A stretch of 63,155 bases of DNA, counting the filler. It is 5 parts of 5 records of this genome, joined end to end, with 100 filler letters (N's around TTAATTAATTAA, not from the genome) between each part and the next. Parts side by side here need not be neighbours in the genome. Positions count along the whole stretch, not along the records: positions 1 to 26,586 come from SRR20825010_3998; 4 more parts are not named here. The stretch is one strand, 5' to 3'. The number at the start of each line of letters is the position of its first letter. The stretch's first letter is position 1. This document shows positions 12,545 through 22,458 of this stretch, one piece after another. A program made the position numbers and the translations under genes. Under the pieces are notes generated by a model. The model did not search any database, was not told where the DNA came from, and was given only the letters and a program-made list of their open reading frames with translations.

Positions 12545-13813
12545 TCAGCTGTCGGCTTGCTCTGCTTTCCTTGCTCTCACTGCCTTCACCATATTGTCCT
12601 TTACCTGCAAAATTTCGATGAGGTACTGGTCGATCTTCACCGAAATGTTGGCGTCGGGGATATCCTGCAAATATTCGAGAATTAACCCGTTCAGGGTCTT
12701 GGGGCCATCGGTGGGCAGTTCCCAGTGTAGGGCGCGGTTGATGTCGCGCAGGGTGGAGGAGCCGTCGATCACGAAGCTGCCATCGTCCTGGGGGTGGATG
12801 TCCTGGCTGGTGGCGGCCAGATCGGTGGTGAACTCGCCGACAATCTCTTCGAGAATATCTTCCAGGGTGACAAGGCCCTGCACGTCGCCGTACTCATCTA
12901 CCACGATGCCGATGCGGCGTTTGGCATTCTGAAAGTTGATCAGTTGCTGGTGCAGAGAGGTGGCTTCCGGCACGAAGTAAGGCTCCACCGTGTACTGCAT
13001 CAGCTCGGCCTTGTTGATGTCTTCCTTGAGCAGCAAGCGGCTGAGTTTGCGCAGGTGCAGCAGGCCTATCATGTTATTCGGGTCGCCGTTGAAGACGGGT
13101 AGCCGGGTATGTTGGCTGGCGCGCAAGGTGGTGAGGATTTCGTGCATGTCGTCATCCAGATCAATGCCGACCATCTCGTTACGCGGAACCATGATGTCTT
13201 CTACGGTCACGGTTTCCAGATCGAGAATATTGAGCAGCATTTTCTGGTGATTTTCGGGAATCAGTCCGCCGGCTTCATTCACCACAGTACGAAGCTCTTC
13301 CGGGCTCAGGTGATCGTCGTCCTGTTCATTGGGTCGAATGCCGCCCAGGCGCAGCAGCATGCTGCTGACGCCGTTAACCATCCACACCAGTGGCGCCAGC
13401 AGTACCTGCAGGGGTTTGAGTACCAGGCTGGCGGGAAAGGCAACCCGTTCAGGGCGCATGGCCGCATAGGTCTTCGGGGTGATTTCCGCGAAAACCAGCA
13501 TGATGATGGTGATCACCACGGGTGCTACCGCAGCGCCGCTGTCTCCGAGCCAGCGAATGGCCAGAATTGCAGCTACGGTGGCGGCAAAGTTGTTAACGAA
13601 GTTGTTGCCAATCAGGATGACGGACAGCAGTCGGTCGGTACGTTTGAGCAGGGCTTCCACTCGGCTGGCCGCTTTCTGGCCCTGGCGAGCCAGGTGCCGT
13701 AGCCGATAGCGGTTGATTGCCACCATGCCGGTTTCACTGCTGGAAAAGAAGGCAGAAGCCAGAATCAGAATAATCAGGGCGCCAATCAGCCACCCGTCAG
13801 AGTAGGTATCCAA
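12545..13813 (-). CDS. yfjD: HlyC/CorC (CNNM-CBS-CorC) family transporter
   Basis: SAFFSSSET, ILIGNN and FAEITPK (CNNM domain); CBS pair with VVDEYG. Confidence 0.92.
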   Translation of the reverse strand: MDTYSDGWLIGALIILILASAFFSSSETGMVAINRYRLRHLARQGQKAASRVEALLKRTDRLLSVILIGNNFVNNFAATVAAILAIRWLGDSGAAVAPVVITIIMLVFAEITPKTYAAMRPERVAFPASLVLKPLQVLLAPLVWMVNGVSSMLLRLGGIRPNEQDDDHLSPEELRTVVNEAGGLIPENHQKMLLNILDLETVTVEDIMVPRNEMVGIDLDDDMHEILTTLRASQHTRLPVFNGDPNNMIGLLHLRKLSRLLLKEDINKAELMQYTVEPYFVPEATSLHQQLINFQNAKRRIGIVVDEYGDVQGLVTLEDILEEIVGEFTTDLAATSQDIHPQDDGSFVIDGSSTLRDINRALHWELPTDGPKTLNGLILEYLQDIPDANISVKIDQYLIEILQVKDNMVKAVRARKAEQADS

Positions 13814-13935
13814 AGGAAATATCGTTTATCCGCCAGTCGGCCCGCTATTGTTCGGGCCGGGGGGTTGGAGTGTCAAGGAAAGGCGTACGCTGATTCAGTT
13901 GACTCTGGGCAGCGCGTGGAAAAGCGGGTTGTCTG

Positions 13936-14736
13936 TCAGCGTTTCAATATGAATTCCAGTACCAGCTGGCTGCCGAAGAACGCGACCAGCAACACCGCAA
14001 AACCGCTGAGCGTGAAGCGAATGGCGGTGCGCCCCCGCCAGCCCCGGACATAACGGCCCGCCAGCAGGGTGGCGAATACCACCCAGGACACCAGGGTCAG
14101 CACGGTTTTGTGCATCAGGTGTTGGGCAAAGAGATTGTCCACGTAGAGAAAGCCGCTGAAAATGGCAACGGTGAGCAGGATTTCGCCCAGCCAGATGGCC
14201 TCGAACAGCATGGACTCCATCACCTGAATCGGCGGGAAAAGCCGCATGACGCCACGGATATGGCCGCTCTTGAGTTGGCGATCCTGAATCCAGAGCAGAA
14301 TCGCCTGGCAGGCGGCCAGGGCCAGTACGGCGTAGGCAACGATGGAAAACAGAACGTGTACGCCCAGACCGTGGCTCAGCGGGTGGGCGGTGTAGCCGGT
14401 GCTGACCCACAGCATGGCGGGAATGGTGCAAGCTGCAAATGGGTAGACTAATGCTGAAATCCATTCGAACGGGCGATACAAGCTGGACACCACGACCACG
14501 GCGGCTCCGGTCATCGCCACGGCGGAAGCAACTGGAAACAGGCCCAGCTGTAAACCGCTGGTGGTGATCATTACCTGCCACAGGCTGGCGGCGTGAGCGA
14601 TGACGGCCAGGGTGCCGGGGATCAGAATACTGGCACGGGACGGGACCGTTTGGCCGCGAAATTGCCGGTACAGGATCAGGCAGGCGGCAAGATACAAAAC
14701 AAACGCCGCGAAGCCGGTGATCACGGAAAAGTTCAT
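13936..14736 (-). CDS. ypjD: Cytochrome c assembly family inner-membrane protein (YpjD/CcsA-like)
   Basis: About 8 TM segments; HKTVL..W and GWRGR motifs; conserved position between ffh and yfjD. Confidence 0.88.
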   Translation of the reverse strand: MNFSVITGFAAFVLYLAACLILYRQFRGQTVPSRASILIPGTLAVIAHAASLWQVMITTSGLQLGLFPVASAVAMTGAAVVVVSSLYRPFEWISALVYPFAACTIPAMLWVSTGYTAHPLSHGLGVHVLFSIVAYAVLALAACQAILLWIQDRQLKSGHIRGVMRLFPPIQVMESMLFEAIWLGEILLTVAIFSGFLYVDNLFAQHLMHKTVLTLVSWVVFATLLAGRYVRGWRGRTAIRFTLSGFAVLLVAFFGSQLVLEFILKR

Positions 14737-14818
14737 AAGTCGTTGTTATCCGAAGTAAGTGCCCGGGCAAAATGGCGGGCCAAGCTCGCTGAAGTCTGGC
14801 ATAGCCGCCAGTTATCTA

Positions 14819-14839
14819 TCAACAATCATTCTCATTTTG
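14819..14839. promoter_or_regulatory. Possible Fur box
   Basis: AACAATCATTCTCATTTTG (reverse CAAAATGAGAATGATTGTT), about 13/19 match to GATAATGATAATCATTATC. Confidence 0.4.
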
Positions 14840-14895
14840 TGCCGGGATAAGGAAGACTGGGGTCGGGGCCCATGACGTTGGTGCCCAAGGAGGGC

Positions 14896-14909
14896 TATAA
14901 TCGCGCCCC
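14896..14909 (+). promoter_or_regulatory. ffh -10 box with GC-rich discriminator
   Basis: TATAAT-CGCGCCCC about 65 bp upstream of the ffh ATG. Confidence 0.6.
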
Positions 14910-14964
14910 TGTCACTGCGGCAGGTACGCCTGGCCGCAGACATGGTGCATTTGGAGGTAGACCC

Positions 14965-16386
14965 ATGTTCGAGAATCTCACCGATCGGTTGGGATCGTCG
15001 CTTAAAAGCCTGGCAGGTCAGGGTTCCCTGACCGAAGACAATATCCGCGACACCCTGCGCGAAGTGCGCAAGGCACTGCTGGAGGCCGACGTGGCCCTGC
15101 CGGTGGTAAAAGAGTTTGTCGAGCAGGTAAAGGAAAAAGCCCTGGGGCAGGAAGTGCTGCAAAGCCTGAATCCGGGCCAGGCGTTCGTCAAAATCGTCAA
15201 CGACGAGCTGGTCCACACCATGGGCGACGCCAACGATGGTCTGGATCTGGCTGCCAAGCCGCCGGCTATTATTTTGATGGCGGGTCTGCAGGGGGCCGGT
15301 AAAACCACCTCTGTGGCCAAGCTTGCGCGTTTCCTGCAGGAGCGCGAGAAGAAGAAGGTCATGGTGGTGTCTGCGGATGTTTATCGTCCGGCGGCCATCG
15401 AGCAGCTGAAAACCCTGGCCGGAGAAGTGGAGACCAACTTCTTCCCGTCTACCGGTGATCAGGACCCGGTAGATATTGCCAATGCGGCACTGGATGAAGC
15501 CCGTCGCCGTTATATGGACGTGCTGATCGTCGATACCGCCGGTCGTCTGCATGTCGATGAAGACATGATGAGCGAGATCAAGCGTCTTCACGGGGCGATC
15601 AGCCCGGTGGAAACCCTGTTCGTGGTCGATGCCATGACCGGTCAGGATGCCGCCAACACGGCACAGGCCTTTAATGAAGCTTTGCCTCTTACCGGGGTGA
15701 TCCTCACCAAGGCTGACGGTGACTCCCGCGGTGGTGCCGCCCTGTCCGTTCGCCAGCTCACCGGCAAACCCATCAAGTTTATCGGTATGGGCGAGAAAAC
15801 GGATGCACTGGAGCCGTTCCACCCGGATCGTATCGCCAGCCGGATTCTTGGCATGGGCGACGTGCTCTCCTTGGTGGAAGAAGCCGAGCGCAAGCTGGAC
15901 AAGAAGAAAGCCGAGAAAATCGCCAAGAAGTTCAAGAAAGGCAAGGCGATGGACTTCGAGGATCTCAAAGATCAGTTTCAACAGATGCGCAACATGGGCG
16001 GCATGGCTGGCCTGCTCGACAAACTGCCCGGCATGGGCGGGATGATGGAAGCAGCGCAGGATCCCGCAGCCATGAAGCAGATGAAGCACATGGAAGCGCT
16101 GATCGACTCCATGACCCCGAAAGAGCGACGCAACCCGGACCTGCTTAAAGGGTCTCGCAAGAAACGCATTGTCGCTGGCGCCGGTCTGGAAATTCAGGAT
16201 CTGAACCGTCTCATCAAGCAGCAGAAGATGATGGCCAAGATGATGAAGAAGATGCGCACCAAGGGTGGCATGAAGAACATGATGCGAGGCATGGAAGGCA
16301 TGATGGGGGGCGGTGGCCAAGGTGGCCCGGGTGGCGGTATGCCACCGGGAGGCATGGGCGGCCCAGGCGGCATGCCGCCGATGTGA
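14965..16386 (+). CDS. ffh: Signal recognition particle protein Ffh
   Basis: MFENLTDRL start after GGAGG; GLQGAGKTT, DTAGR and TKADGD motifs; Met-rich M domain. Confidence 0.98.
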   Translation: MFENLTDRLGSSLKSLAGQGSLTEDNIRDTLREVRKALLEADVALPVVKEFVEQVKEKALGQEVLQSLNPGQAFVKIVNDELVHTMGDANDGLDLAAKPPAIILMAGLQGAGKTTSVAKLARFLQEREKKKVMVVSADVYRPAAIEQLKTLAGEVETNFFPSTGDQDPVDIANAALDEARRRYMDVLIVDTAGRLHVDEDMMSEIKRLHGAISPVETLFVVDAMTGQDAANTAQAFNEALPLTGVILTKADGDSRGGAALSVRQLTGKPIKFIGMGEKTDALEPFHPDRIASRILGMGDVLSLVEEAERKLDKKKAEKIAKKFKKGKAMDFEDLKDQFQQMRNMGGMAGLLDKLPGMGGMMEAAQDPAAMKQMKHMEALIDSMTPKERRNPDLLKGSRKKRIVAGAGLEIQDLNRLIKQQKMMAKMMKKMRTKGGMKNMMRGMEGMMGGGGQGGPGGGMPPGGMGGPGGMPPM

Positions 16387-16390
16387 TTTG

Positions 16391-16454
16391 ACGCTTCACG
16401 CGCCACGCATCATGCAACACGCGGGCAGGGCAGGTCTTCACCTCCCTGCCCGCG
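16391..16454. repeat. Heptamer array (ACGCNNC x5) running into a GC hairpin
   Basis: ACGCTTC ACGCGCC ACGCATC ATGCAAC ACGCGGG, then CGCGGGCAGGG...CCCTGCCCGCG stem. Confidence 0.65.
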
Positions 16455-16479
16455 CTGCGTTTGGGGGTAAGGGGTTTTG

Positions 16480-16576
16480 AGGAGCGGCGCTTGAGCCGCG
16501 AATCCGAGCCTCAGCGAGGTAATTGGTGGGCTTTGTCGTGCTATCGCACGGTTCGCGGCTCAAGCGTCGCTCCTAC
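16480..16576. repeat. REP doublet (REPIN-like), GTAG family
   Basis: AGGAGCGGCGCTTGAGCCGCGAA (16480-16502) and inverted copy TTCGCGGCTCAAGCGTCGCTCCTAC (16552-16576; reverse complement begins GTAGGAGCG). Confidence 0.8.
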
Positions 16577-16610
16577 AGGTGCTCCGGAGCGTTTGGCATT
16601 TGCGAAGTGC

Positions 16611-16647
16611 TTGTTGCGTGGTGCATCTCCCTGTATAATTCGCGCCC
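16611..16647 (+). promoter_or_regulatory. Sigma70 promoter of the rpsP-rimM-trmD-rplS operon
   Basis: TTGTTG-17 bp-TATAAT followed by GC-rich discriminator TCGCGCCC. Confidence 0.7.
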
Positions 16648-16761
16648 TTCGCGGCCTCTCCGTGCTTTTTCACGGGTGGCTTTCAAGCGGATACGATGGT
16701 CAGGCTGTCTTTCTGGGCGGTTGGGCCGGGAAACCGGATTGATAAATAAGGTACGTAAACC

Positions 16762-17010
16762 ATGGTAGTTATTCGTCTCGCTCGCGGCGGTTCCAAGAAG
16801 CGCCCGTTCTATAGCATTGTTGTTGCTGATAGCCGTTACTCTCGTGATGGTCGTTTCATCGAGCAGCTGGGTTTCTACAACCCCATCGCCCGTGGCGGTG
16901 AAATCCCTCTTAAGCTGAACCTGGAAAGCCTGGACGCCTGGGTTGCCAAGGGTGCACAGCTGTCTGACCGTGTTAAAACCCTCGCCAAGCAGGCCCGTAA
17001 GGCAGCCTGA
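16762..17010 (+). CDS. rpsP: 30S ribosomal protein S16
   Basis: [24 protein letters not shown]. Confidence 0.99.
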   Translation: MVVIRLARGGSKKRPFYSIVVADSRYSRDGRFIEQLGFYNPIARGGEIPLKLNLESLDAWVAKGAQLSDRVKTLAKQARKAA

Positions 17011-17585
17011 TGGCAGAGCGAGGACAATCCTCTTCGCTTGAAGGGGGCGCGTCCTCTCAGCTGGAGGTCGTTGGCCGCATCCTTGGGGTGCATGGCGTCA
17101 AAGGATGGGTGAAGGTTTACTCCAATACTGATCCTATGGACAACCTCCAGCAGTACCAGCCTTGGCATCTGAAGCAGGGTGGCCCTGGTTCAGGAAGTGA
17201 GTGGAAACCGGTGAAAGTGACCGGTTTTCGCCCCCAGGGCAAAGGCCTGATTGCGCAACTGGAAGGCATTGCCGACCGGGACGCGGCATCGGCCCTGGTG
17301 GGGCAGGAGATCGGCGTGCCCGCTGATTTGCTGCCACAGTCCGGCCAAGGTGAGTACTACTGGCGTGATCTGATTGGCCTGCGGGTAAAGCATGTGAATG
17401 GCATGGACCTGGGCAAGGTGACGCGAATGCTGGAAACCGGTGCCAACGACGTGGTCGTGGTTCGCGGTGACAGCAATAGCCTGGATCGGCGTGAACGCCT
17501 GATTCCCTGGCTTCCGGACGACGTGATTACTGCCATCAGCCTTGCAGAAGGCCAGATGACAGTGGATTGGGACCCGGACTTTTAA
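17010..17585 (+). CDS. rimM: Ribosome maturation factor RimM
   Basis: GRILGVHGVKGWVKV, EYYWRDLIGL, ETGANDV, VDWDPDF. Confidence 0.97.
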   Translation: MAERGQSSSLEGGASSQLEVVGRILGVHGVKGWVKVYSNTDPMDNLQQYQPWHLKQGGPGSGSEWKPVKVTGFRPQGKGLIAQLEGIADRDAASALVGQEIGVPADLLPQSGQGEYYWRDLIGLRVKHVNGMDLGKVTRMLETGANDVVVVRGDSNSLDRRERLIPWLPDDVITAISLAEGQMTVDWDPDF

Positions 17586-18383
17586 ATGATGGCGGCGAAG
17601 CCTGCGTTTGCAGTCACTCTGGTCACCTTGTTTCCGGAGATGGCGCAAGCGGTTACCGACTTCGGCGTTACCCGGCGGGCCGTGGAAAACGGCCAGCTGC
17701 AGGTGGATACGGTGAATCCTCGGGATTTCACTGAAGATCGCCACCGCACCGTGGACGATCGCCCTTTTGGTGGCGGCCCCGGCATGGTGATGAAAGTGGA
17801 GCCCTTGGCGAAAGCCCTGCAGGCTGCACGCACTGCCAACCCGGCAGCGAAAGTGGTTTATCTGTCCCCGCAAGGACAGCCGCTGACCCAGGCCAAGGCC
17901 GCGGCGTTGGCGGAGCAGCCCGGCCTGATCTTGTTGGCTGGGCGTTATGAGGGCGTAGACGAGCGATTGCTCGACGCAGAGGTGGATGAGCAGATCTCCA
18001 TCGGCGACTACGTGCTCAGCGGCGGCGAACTGCCGGCGTTGGTGCTGATCGATGCGGTCAGCCGATTGATTCCCGGAGTGCTGGGTCACCAGGATTCCGC
18101 CGAGCAGGACTCTTTTTCGGGTGAATTCGAAAACCTGCTCGATTGCCCGCATTACACCCGCCCGGAGGTGTATGGCGAGCAGGCAGTGCCACCGGTACTG
18201 CTCAGTGGCAATCATGAGCTGATTCGCCGCTGGCGCCTTAAACAGGCGCTGGGACGGACCTGGCAACAGCGTCCTGACCTGCTGGAGGCCCGCCGGGCGC
18301 GGGGCTTGAGCAAAGAAGAGCAACAGCTGCTGGACGAATACATCGCCGAGCAGTCGTCGCATACAGCAAAAACCTCTGATTAG
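17586..18383 (+). CDS. trmD: tRNA (guanine-N1)-methyltransferase
   Basis: [37 protein letters not shown]. Confidence 0.98.
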   Translation: MMAAKPAFAVTLVTLFPEMAQAVTDFGVTRRAVENGQLQVDTVNPRDFTEDRHRTVDDRPFGGGPGMVMKVEPLAKALQAARTANPAAKVVYLSPQGQPLTQAKAAALAEQPGLILLAGRYEGVDERLLDAEVDEQISIGDYVLSGGELPALVLIDAVSRLIPGVLGHQDSAEQDSFSGEFENLLDCPHYTRPEVYGEQAVPPVLLSGNHELIRRWRLKQALGRTWQQRPDLLEARRARGLSKEEQQLLDEYIAEQSSHTAKTSD

Positions 18384-18393
18384 GAGCACTGCC

Positions 18394-18750
18394 ATGAGTG
18401 GCAAGAACCTTATTATCCAGGGCATCGAAAACGCCCAGCTGAAAACCGAAATACCGGAATTCGGCGCTGGTGACACCGTCACCGTGCAAGTGAAAGTAAA
18501 GGAAGGTACCCGTGAGCGTCTGCAGGCGTTCCAGGGTGTGGTTATCGCTCGTCGTAACCGTGGCCTGAACTCTGCGTTCACCGTACGTAAGATCTCCCAC
18601 GGTGTGGGTGTTGAGCGTGTATTCCAGCTGCATAGCCCGCTGATCGATTCCATCCAGGTGAATCGTCGTGGTGATGTGAGCCGCGCCAAGCTCTACTATC
18701 TGCGTGATCGCTCTGGTAAGTCCGCACGGATCAAAGAAAAAATCCGGTAG
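18394..18750 (+). CDS. rplS: 50S ribosomal protein L19
   Basis: [37 protein letters not shown]. Confidence 0.99.
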   Translation: MSGKNLIIQGIENAQLKTEIPEFGAGDTVTVQVKVKEGTRERLQAFQGVVIARRNRGLNSAFTVRKISHGVGVERVFQLHSPLIDSIQVNRRGDVSRAKLYYLRDRSGKSARIKEKIR

Positions 18751-18834
18751 ATTGCGGATTCCTTCTACCGCGAGCGAATGTTGGTTTAGCCTTTGCTGTA
18801 GGGCATGCGAAATCAACCTCTGGCCCGGTAGATT

Positions 18835-18888
18835 GCTCCAACAAAAAAAGCCGCTTCCCGAAAAGGAAGCGGCTTTTTTTGTTGGAGC
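18835..18888. terminator. Bidirectional intrinsic terminator (perfect 24-bp inverted repeat)
   Basis: GCTCCAACAAAAAAAGCCGCTTCC-CGAAAA-GGAAGCGGCTTTTTTTGTTGGAGC. Confidence 0.9.
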
Positions 18889-18935
18889 GCCGGACGCTAG
18901 ATGCCGGATGCATGACGCTCATGGCATCAGGCGTG

Positions 18936-19190
18936 CTAGTTCTTCTTCAGCATTCGGTACAGGGCCAGCAGTACCAGCGCGCCGACGATGGCGGTGACAA
19001 AACTGCCCAGGCTGAATCCGCTGACCGAACCACCCAGCCCGGTAATGGAGCCCAGCCAGCCGCCGACTACGGCGCCAGCAATACCGATCAAGGTGGTGAC
19101 AATAAAGCCGCCCGGGTCCTTCCCTGGCATAATCCATTTGGCGATGATGCCGGCAATCAAGCCGAATACAATCCAGGATAAAATTCCCAC
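18936..19190 (-). CDS. GlsB/YeaQ/YmgE transglycosylase-associated membrane protein
   Basis: MGILSWIVFGLIAGIIAKWIMPG..GIAGAVVGG..AIVGA. Confidence 0.92.
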   Translation of the reverse strand: MGILSWIVFGLIAGIIAKWIMPGKDPGGFIVTTLIGIAGAVVGGWLGSITGLGGSVSGFSLGSFVTAIVGALVLLALYRMLKKN

Positions 19191-19376
19191 GATTCCTCTC
19201 CTTGGTGACGATGTCTTGAAATTTTGCTGACCTCCATTGTTGCCCTAAATCGCGTTGTTTGTCGTTAATGGCGCCGGTCTTATGCGTAATATTTGGTAAA
19301 AGAGACGCCGGTACAGAAAACCGGTAACGCTGGGTAACTTATTGTTTTTTCAATTTGATTAAGGCTTTATGGCGTA

Positions 19377-20315
19377 ATGGGAACGGTGACAGACGGGCAA
19401 TTAACGGATGAACATAGTCGGCTGATTGATAGCTGGCTGGACCAGCAGTGGCTGGAAAAGGGTCTTAGCGAGCACAGCCTGTCCAATTACCGCCGTGACC
19501 TGAGCCAGCTCGCTGTCTGGTTACAGCATGAACGAGCGGATTTGTTGGCGTGCGAGCGCTATCAGCTGCTGGAATTTCTGGCCGCCCGGCATCAGCAGGG
19601 CCTCAGCGCGCGCTCTGTGGCCCGGCAGTTATCAGCGGTGAAAAGCTTCTACCGCTGGCTCAAGCGGGAAGGGCGCATTGCCGAAGATCCTGCATTGATT
19701 ATTGAACGGCCGAAACTGGGCAGACCGTTGCCAAAGACCCTGAGTGAAGCGGATGTGGAGGCGTTGCTGGCGGCGCCGGATCTTTCTACGCCGTTAGGGC
19801 TGCGGGACCGGGCCATGCTGGAGGTGCTTTATGCTACAGGCCTGCGGGTCACGGAGCTGGTGACCTTGACCCAAAGCCAGATCAATCCGCGCCAGGGCCT
19901 GATTCGGGTGATTGGTAAGGGCGACAAGGAACGGTTGGTGCCGCTGGGAGAAGAAGCGCTGCACTGGCTGAGCCGTTATGCTCGGGAAGGGCGCCCACAG
20001 TTGCTGGCAGCGGATCAGCAGGGGGGCAACCAGGAGCTGCTTTTCCCCAGCCGCCGTGGCACCTGTATGACGCGACAAACATTCTGGCATCGAATCAAGC
20101 AGTTGGCGATTGTTGCGGGGGTGCAAAAAAAGCTCTCTCCCCATACACTGCGGCATGCCTTTGCCACGCACCTGTTGAATCACGGCGCAGATTTGCGGGT
20201 GGTACAGCTGCTTTTGGGGCACTCGGATCTGTCGACCACCCAGATTTACACCCATGTAGCGCAACAGCGGTTACAAGACGTCTACCAGAAACATCACCCC
20301 CGATCGGGAACCTGA
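19377..20315 (+). CDS. xerD: Site-specific tyrosine recombinase XerD
   Basis: RDRAMLEVLYATGLRVTEL, HTLRHAFATHLL, LLGHSDLSTTQIYTH; xerD-dsbC synteny. Confidence 0.97.
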   Translation: MGTVTDGQLTDEHSRLIDSWLDQQWLEKGLSEHSLSNYRRDLSQLAVWLQHERADLLACERYQLLEFLAARHQQGLSARSVARQLSAVKSFYRWLKREGRIAEDPALIIERPKLGRPLPKTLSEADVEALLAAPDLSTPLGLRDRAMLEVLYATGLRVTELVTLTQSQINPRQGLIRVIGKGDKERLVPLGEEALHWLSRYAREGRPQLLAADQQGGNQELLFPSRRGTCMTRQTFWHRIKQLAIVAGVQKKLSPHTLRHAFATHLLNHGADLRVVQLLLGHSDLSTTQIYTHVAQQRLQDVYQKHHPRSGT

Positions 20316-20360
20316 GCCTGGTGGCGGGTTCTCACAGGTAAGAGAAGGAGTAACGACACA

Positions 20361-21104
20361 ATGAAAAAGGTTTTGCTGTTTGTATTGTTGGGGCTGATGA
20401 CCGCCTGTGGCGCCAGTTCTGAAACCGCCAAGGGTAACGCCGAGATCGATGGTGAACAGGCGAAAGCGGCTTTCGAGAAAGCTTTTCCTGCTGTTGAAGT
20501 CAGTGATGTGCGTGCTGCCCCCATGGCGGGCATGCTGGCGCTGGAAGTAAACGGGAGTGAAACCGTTTACATGAGCGAAGACGGCCGTTTTATCATGATC
20601 GGCAAGCTGCTTGAGCTGAAAGACGGCGAGGTGGTCAATCCGGCGGAGCAGCGCCTGGAAAAGGTGCGCGCTGAGGGCATCAAGACGCTGAACAAGGACG
20701 ACATGATCACTTACGCCGCTGAAGACGAGAAAGTGGAAGTGTACGTGTTCACCGATATTTCTTGTGGCTACTGCCGTAAGCTGCACCGCCATATTGATGA
20801 ATATATGGCGTCCGGCGTGACGGTCCACTACCTGGCCTTCCCCCGCGGTGGCCCGACCACCCAGGCGGCGGCTTCAATGCGTCATATCTGGTGTGCGCAA
20901 GACCGCCAGCAGGCGCTGTCGGATGCCAAACTCAATGACAAGATCAACAATGCAGAGCTGGGCGAGTGCGCCAAGCCGGTTGATGAGCAATATGAGCTGG
21001 GCCTGAAATTCGGGGTACGCGGTACACCGGCGATTTACACCACCGAAGGCAAGCAGCTGGGTGGCTATCTGACCCCCGAAGATATGCTCAAGCGGCTGAA
21101 CTGA
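20361..21104 (+). CDS. dsbC: Thiol:disulfide isomerase DsbC
   Basis: Lipoprotein-like signal; FTDISCGYCRKLH, GVRGTP and GGY motifs. Confidence 0.93.
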   Translation: MKKVLLFVLLGLMTACGASSETAKGNAEIDGEQAKAAFEKAFPAVEVSDVRAAPMAGMLALEVNGSETVYMSEDGRFIMIGKLLELKDGEVVNPAEQRLEKVRAEGIKTLNKDDMITYAAEDEKVEVYVFTDISCGYCRKLHRHIDEYMASGVTVHYLAFPRGGPTTQAAASMRHIWCAQDRQQALSDAKLNDKINNAELGECAKPVDEQYELGLKFGVRGTPAIYTTEGKQLGGYLTPEDMLKRLN

Positions 21105-21225
21105 TTCGCCTGTACCCCCCGTATTACGGTGCTTTGCTGCCGTAAGCACGGTGCCGGCACATTGACGACGCGGGGTTGCGCCGTTAATGTGTCGGCCTTC
21201 TTTTACTCCCACCCAAGGTGCTGTC

Positions 21226-22416
21226 GTGGAAACCGATTTCCAGCGAATCCGTCGTTTGCCGCCCTATGTCTTCAATATTGTTGGAGAGATGAAGGCCGCA
21301 GCGCGAGCGCGGGGTGAGGATATTATCGATTTCAGCATGGGCAATCCGGATCAGCCCACGCCAAAACATATTGTCGATAAGCTGACAGAAACCGCTCAGC
21401 GGGGCGATACCCACCGTTATTCGCAGTCGAGGGGGATCCCTCGCTTGCGCAAGGCCATGACGGACTGGTATCAGCGCCGTTATGACGTGGAGCTGGACCC
21501 GGCGTCAGAGGCCATTGTCACTATCGGTTCCAAAGAAGGCCTGGCACATCTGGCGCTGGCCACCATGGGACCGGGAGATACCGTGCTGGTGCCCAACCCC
21601 AGTTACCCGATTCATCCCTATGGGTTTGTGATTTCCAACGCGGATATCCGCCATGTGCCCATGGTGAAAGGGGTGGATTTTTTTGTGGAGCTGGAGCGGG
21701 CGATCAAGGAATCCTGGCCCAAGCCGAAAATGCTGGTGCTGAATTTTCCTGGCAACCCGACGGCTCAGTGTGTGGAGCTGGACTTCTTTGAGAAGGTAGT
21801 CGCCATCGCCAGGGAGCACCAGATCTGGGTGGTGCACGATATCGCCTATGCGGATATCGTGTTCGATGGCTACAAGGCCCCCTCCATTCTGCAGGTGGAA
21901 GGCGCTAAAGATGTGGCCGTGGAGTTCTTCTCTTTGTCCAAGAGCTACAACATGCCCGGTTGGCGGGTGGGGTTCTGTTGCGGCAATAAAGAGCTGATCC
22001 ACGCCTTGGCACGTATCAAGTCATACATGGATTACGGCACCTTTACTCCGATTCAGGTGGCGGCGATAGCCGCCCTGGAAGGGGATCAGAGTTGTGTAGC
22101 TGAAATCTGCGAGATGTATCGCGAGCGCCGTGATGTGCTGGTGGACGGGTTGTGTGACATTGGCTGGTCGGTGGAAAAGCCCCGTGCCACCATGTTTGTC
22201 TGGGCGGAAATCCCCGAACCCTACAAGGCCATGGGCTCGCTGGAGTTTTCCAAAAAGCTGCTCACCGAAGCCGGTGTAGCAGTGTCGCCGGGCATCGGTT
22301 TTGGCGACTATGGTGACGATCATGTGCGGTTTGCACTGATTGAGAATGAACAACGCACCCGGCAGGCCATGCGCGGCATCAAGAAGATGTTCCGTCAGGA
22401 TGGGCTGCTGGGCTAA
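21226..22416 (+). CDS. alaC: Alanine transaminase (class I PLP aminotransferase)
   Basis: [34 protein letters not shown] start inferred. Confidence 0.9.
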   Translation: METDFQRIRRLPPYVFNIVGEMKAAARARGEDIIDFSMGNPDQPTPKHIVDKLTETAQRGDTHRYSQSRGIPRLRKAMTDWYQRRYDVELDPASEAIVTIGSKEGLAHLALATMGPGDTVLVPNPSYPIHPYGFVISNADIRHVPMVKGVDFFVELERAIKESWPKPKMLVLNFPGNPTAQCVELDFFEKVVAIAREHQIWVVHDIAYADIVFDGYKAPSILQVEGAKDVAVEFFSLSKSYNMPGWRVGFCCGNKELIHALARIKSYMDYGTFTPIQVAAIAALEGDQSCVAEICEMYRERRDVLVDGLCDIGWSVEKPRATMFVWAEIPEPYKAMGSLEFSKKLLTEAGVAVSPGIGFGDYGDDHVRFALIENEQRTRQAMRGIKKMFRQDGLLG

Positions 22417-22458
22417 CAGGCTGCATCTTGTGCGCCCTGAATAAAGAGAGGAAATCAC

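Noticed and set aside
16290..16386. Gly/Met/Pro low-complexity Ffh tail
   Set aside because: Common in proteobacterial Ffh C-termini.
19377..20315. Tyrosine recombinase as a possible integrase
   Set aside because: It is housekeeping XerD in the conserved xerD-dsbC context; no att sites or cargo genes.
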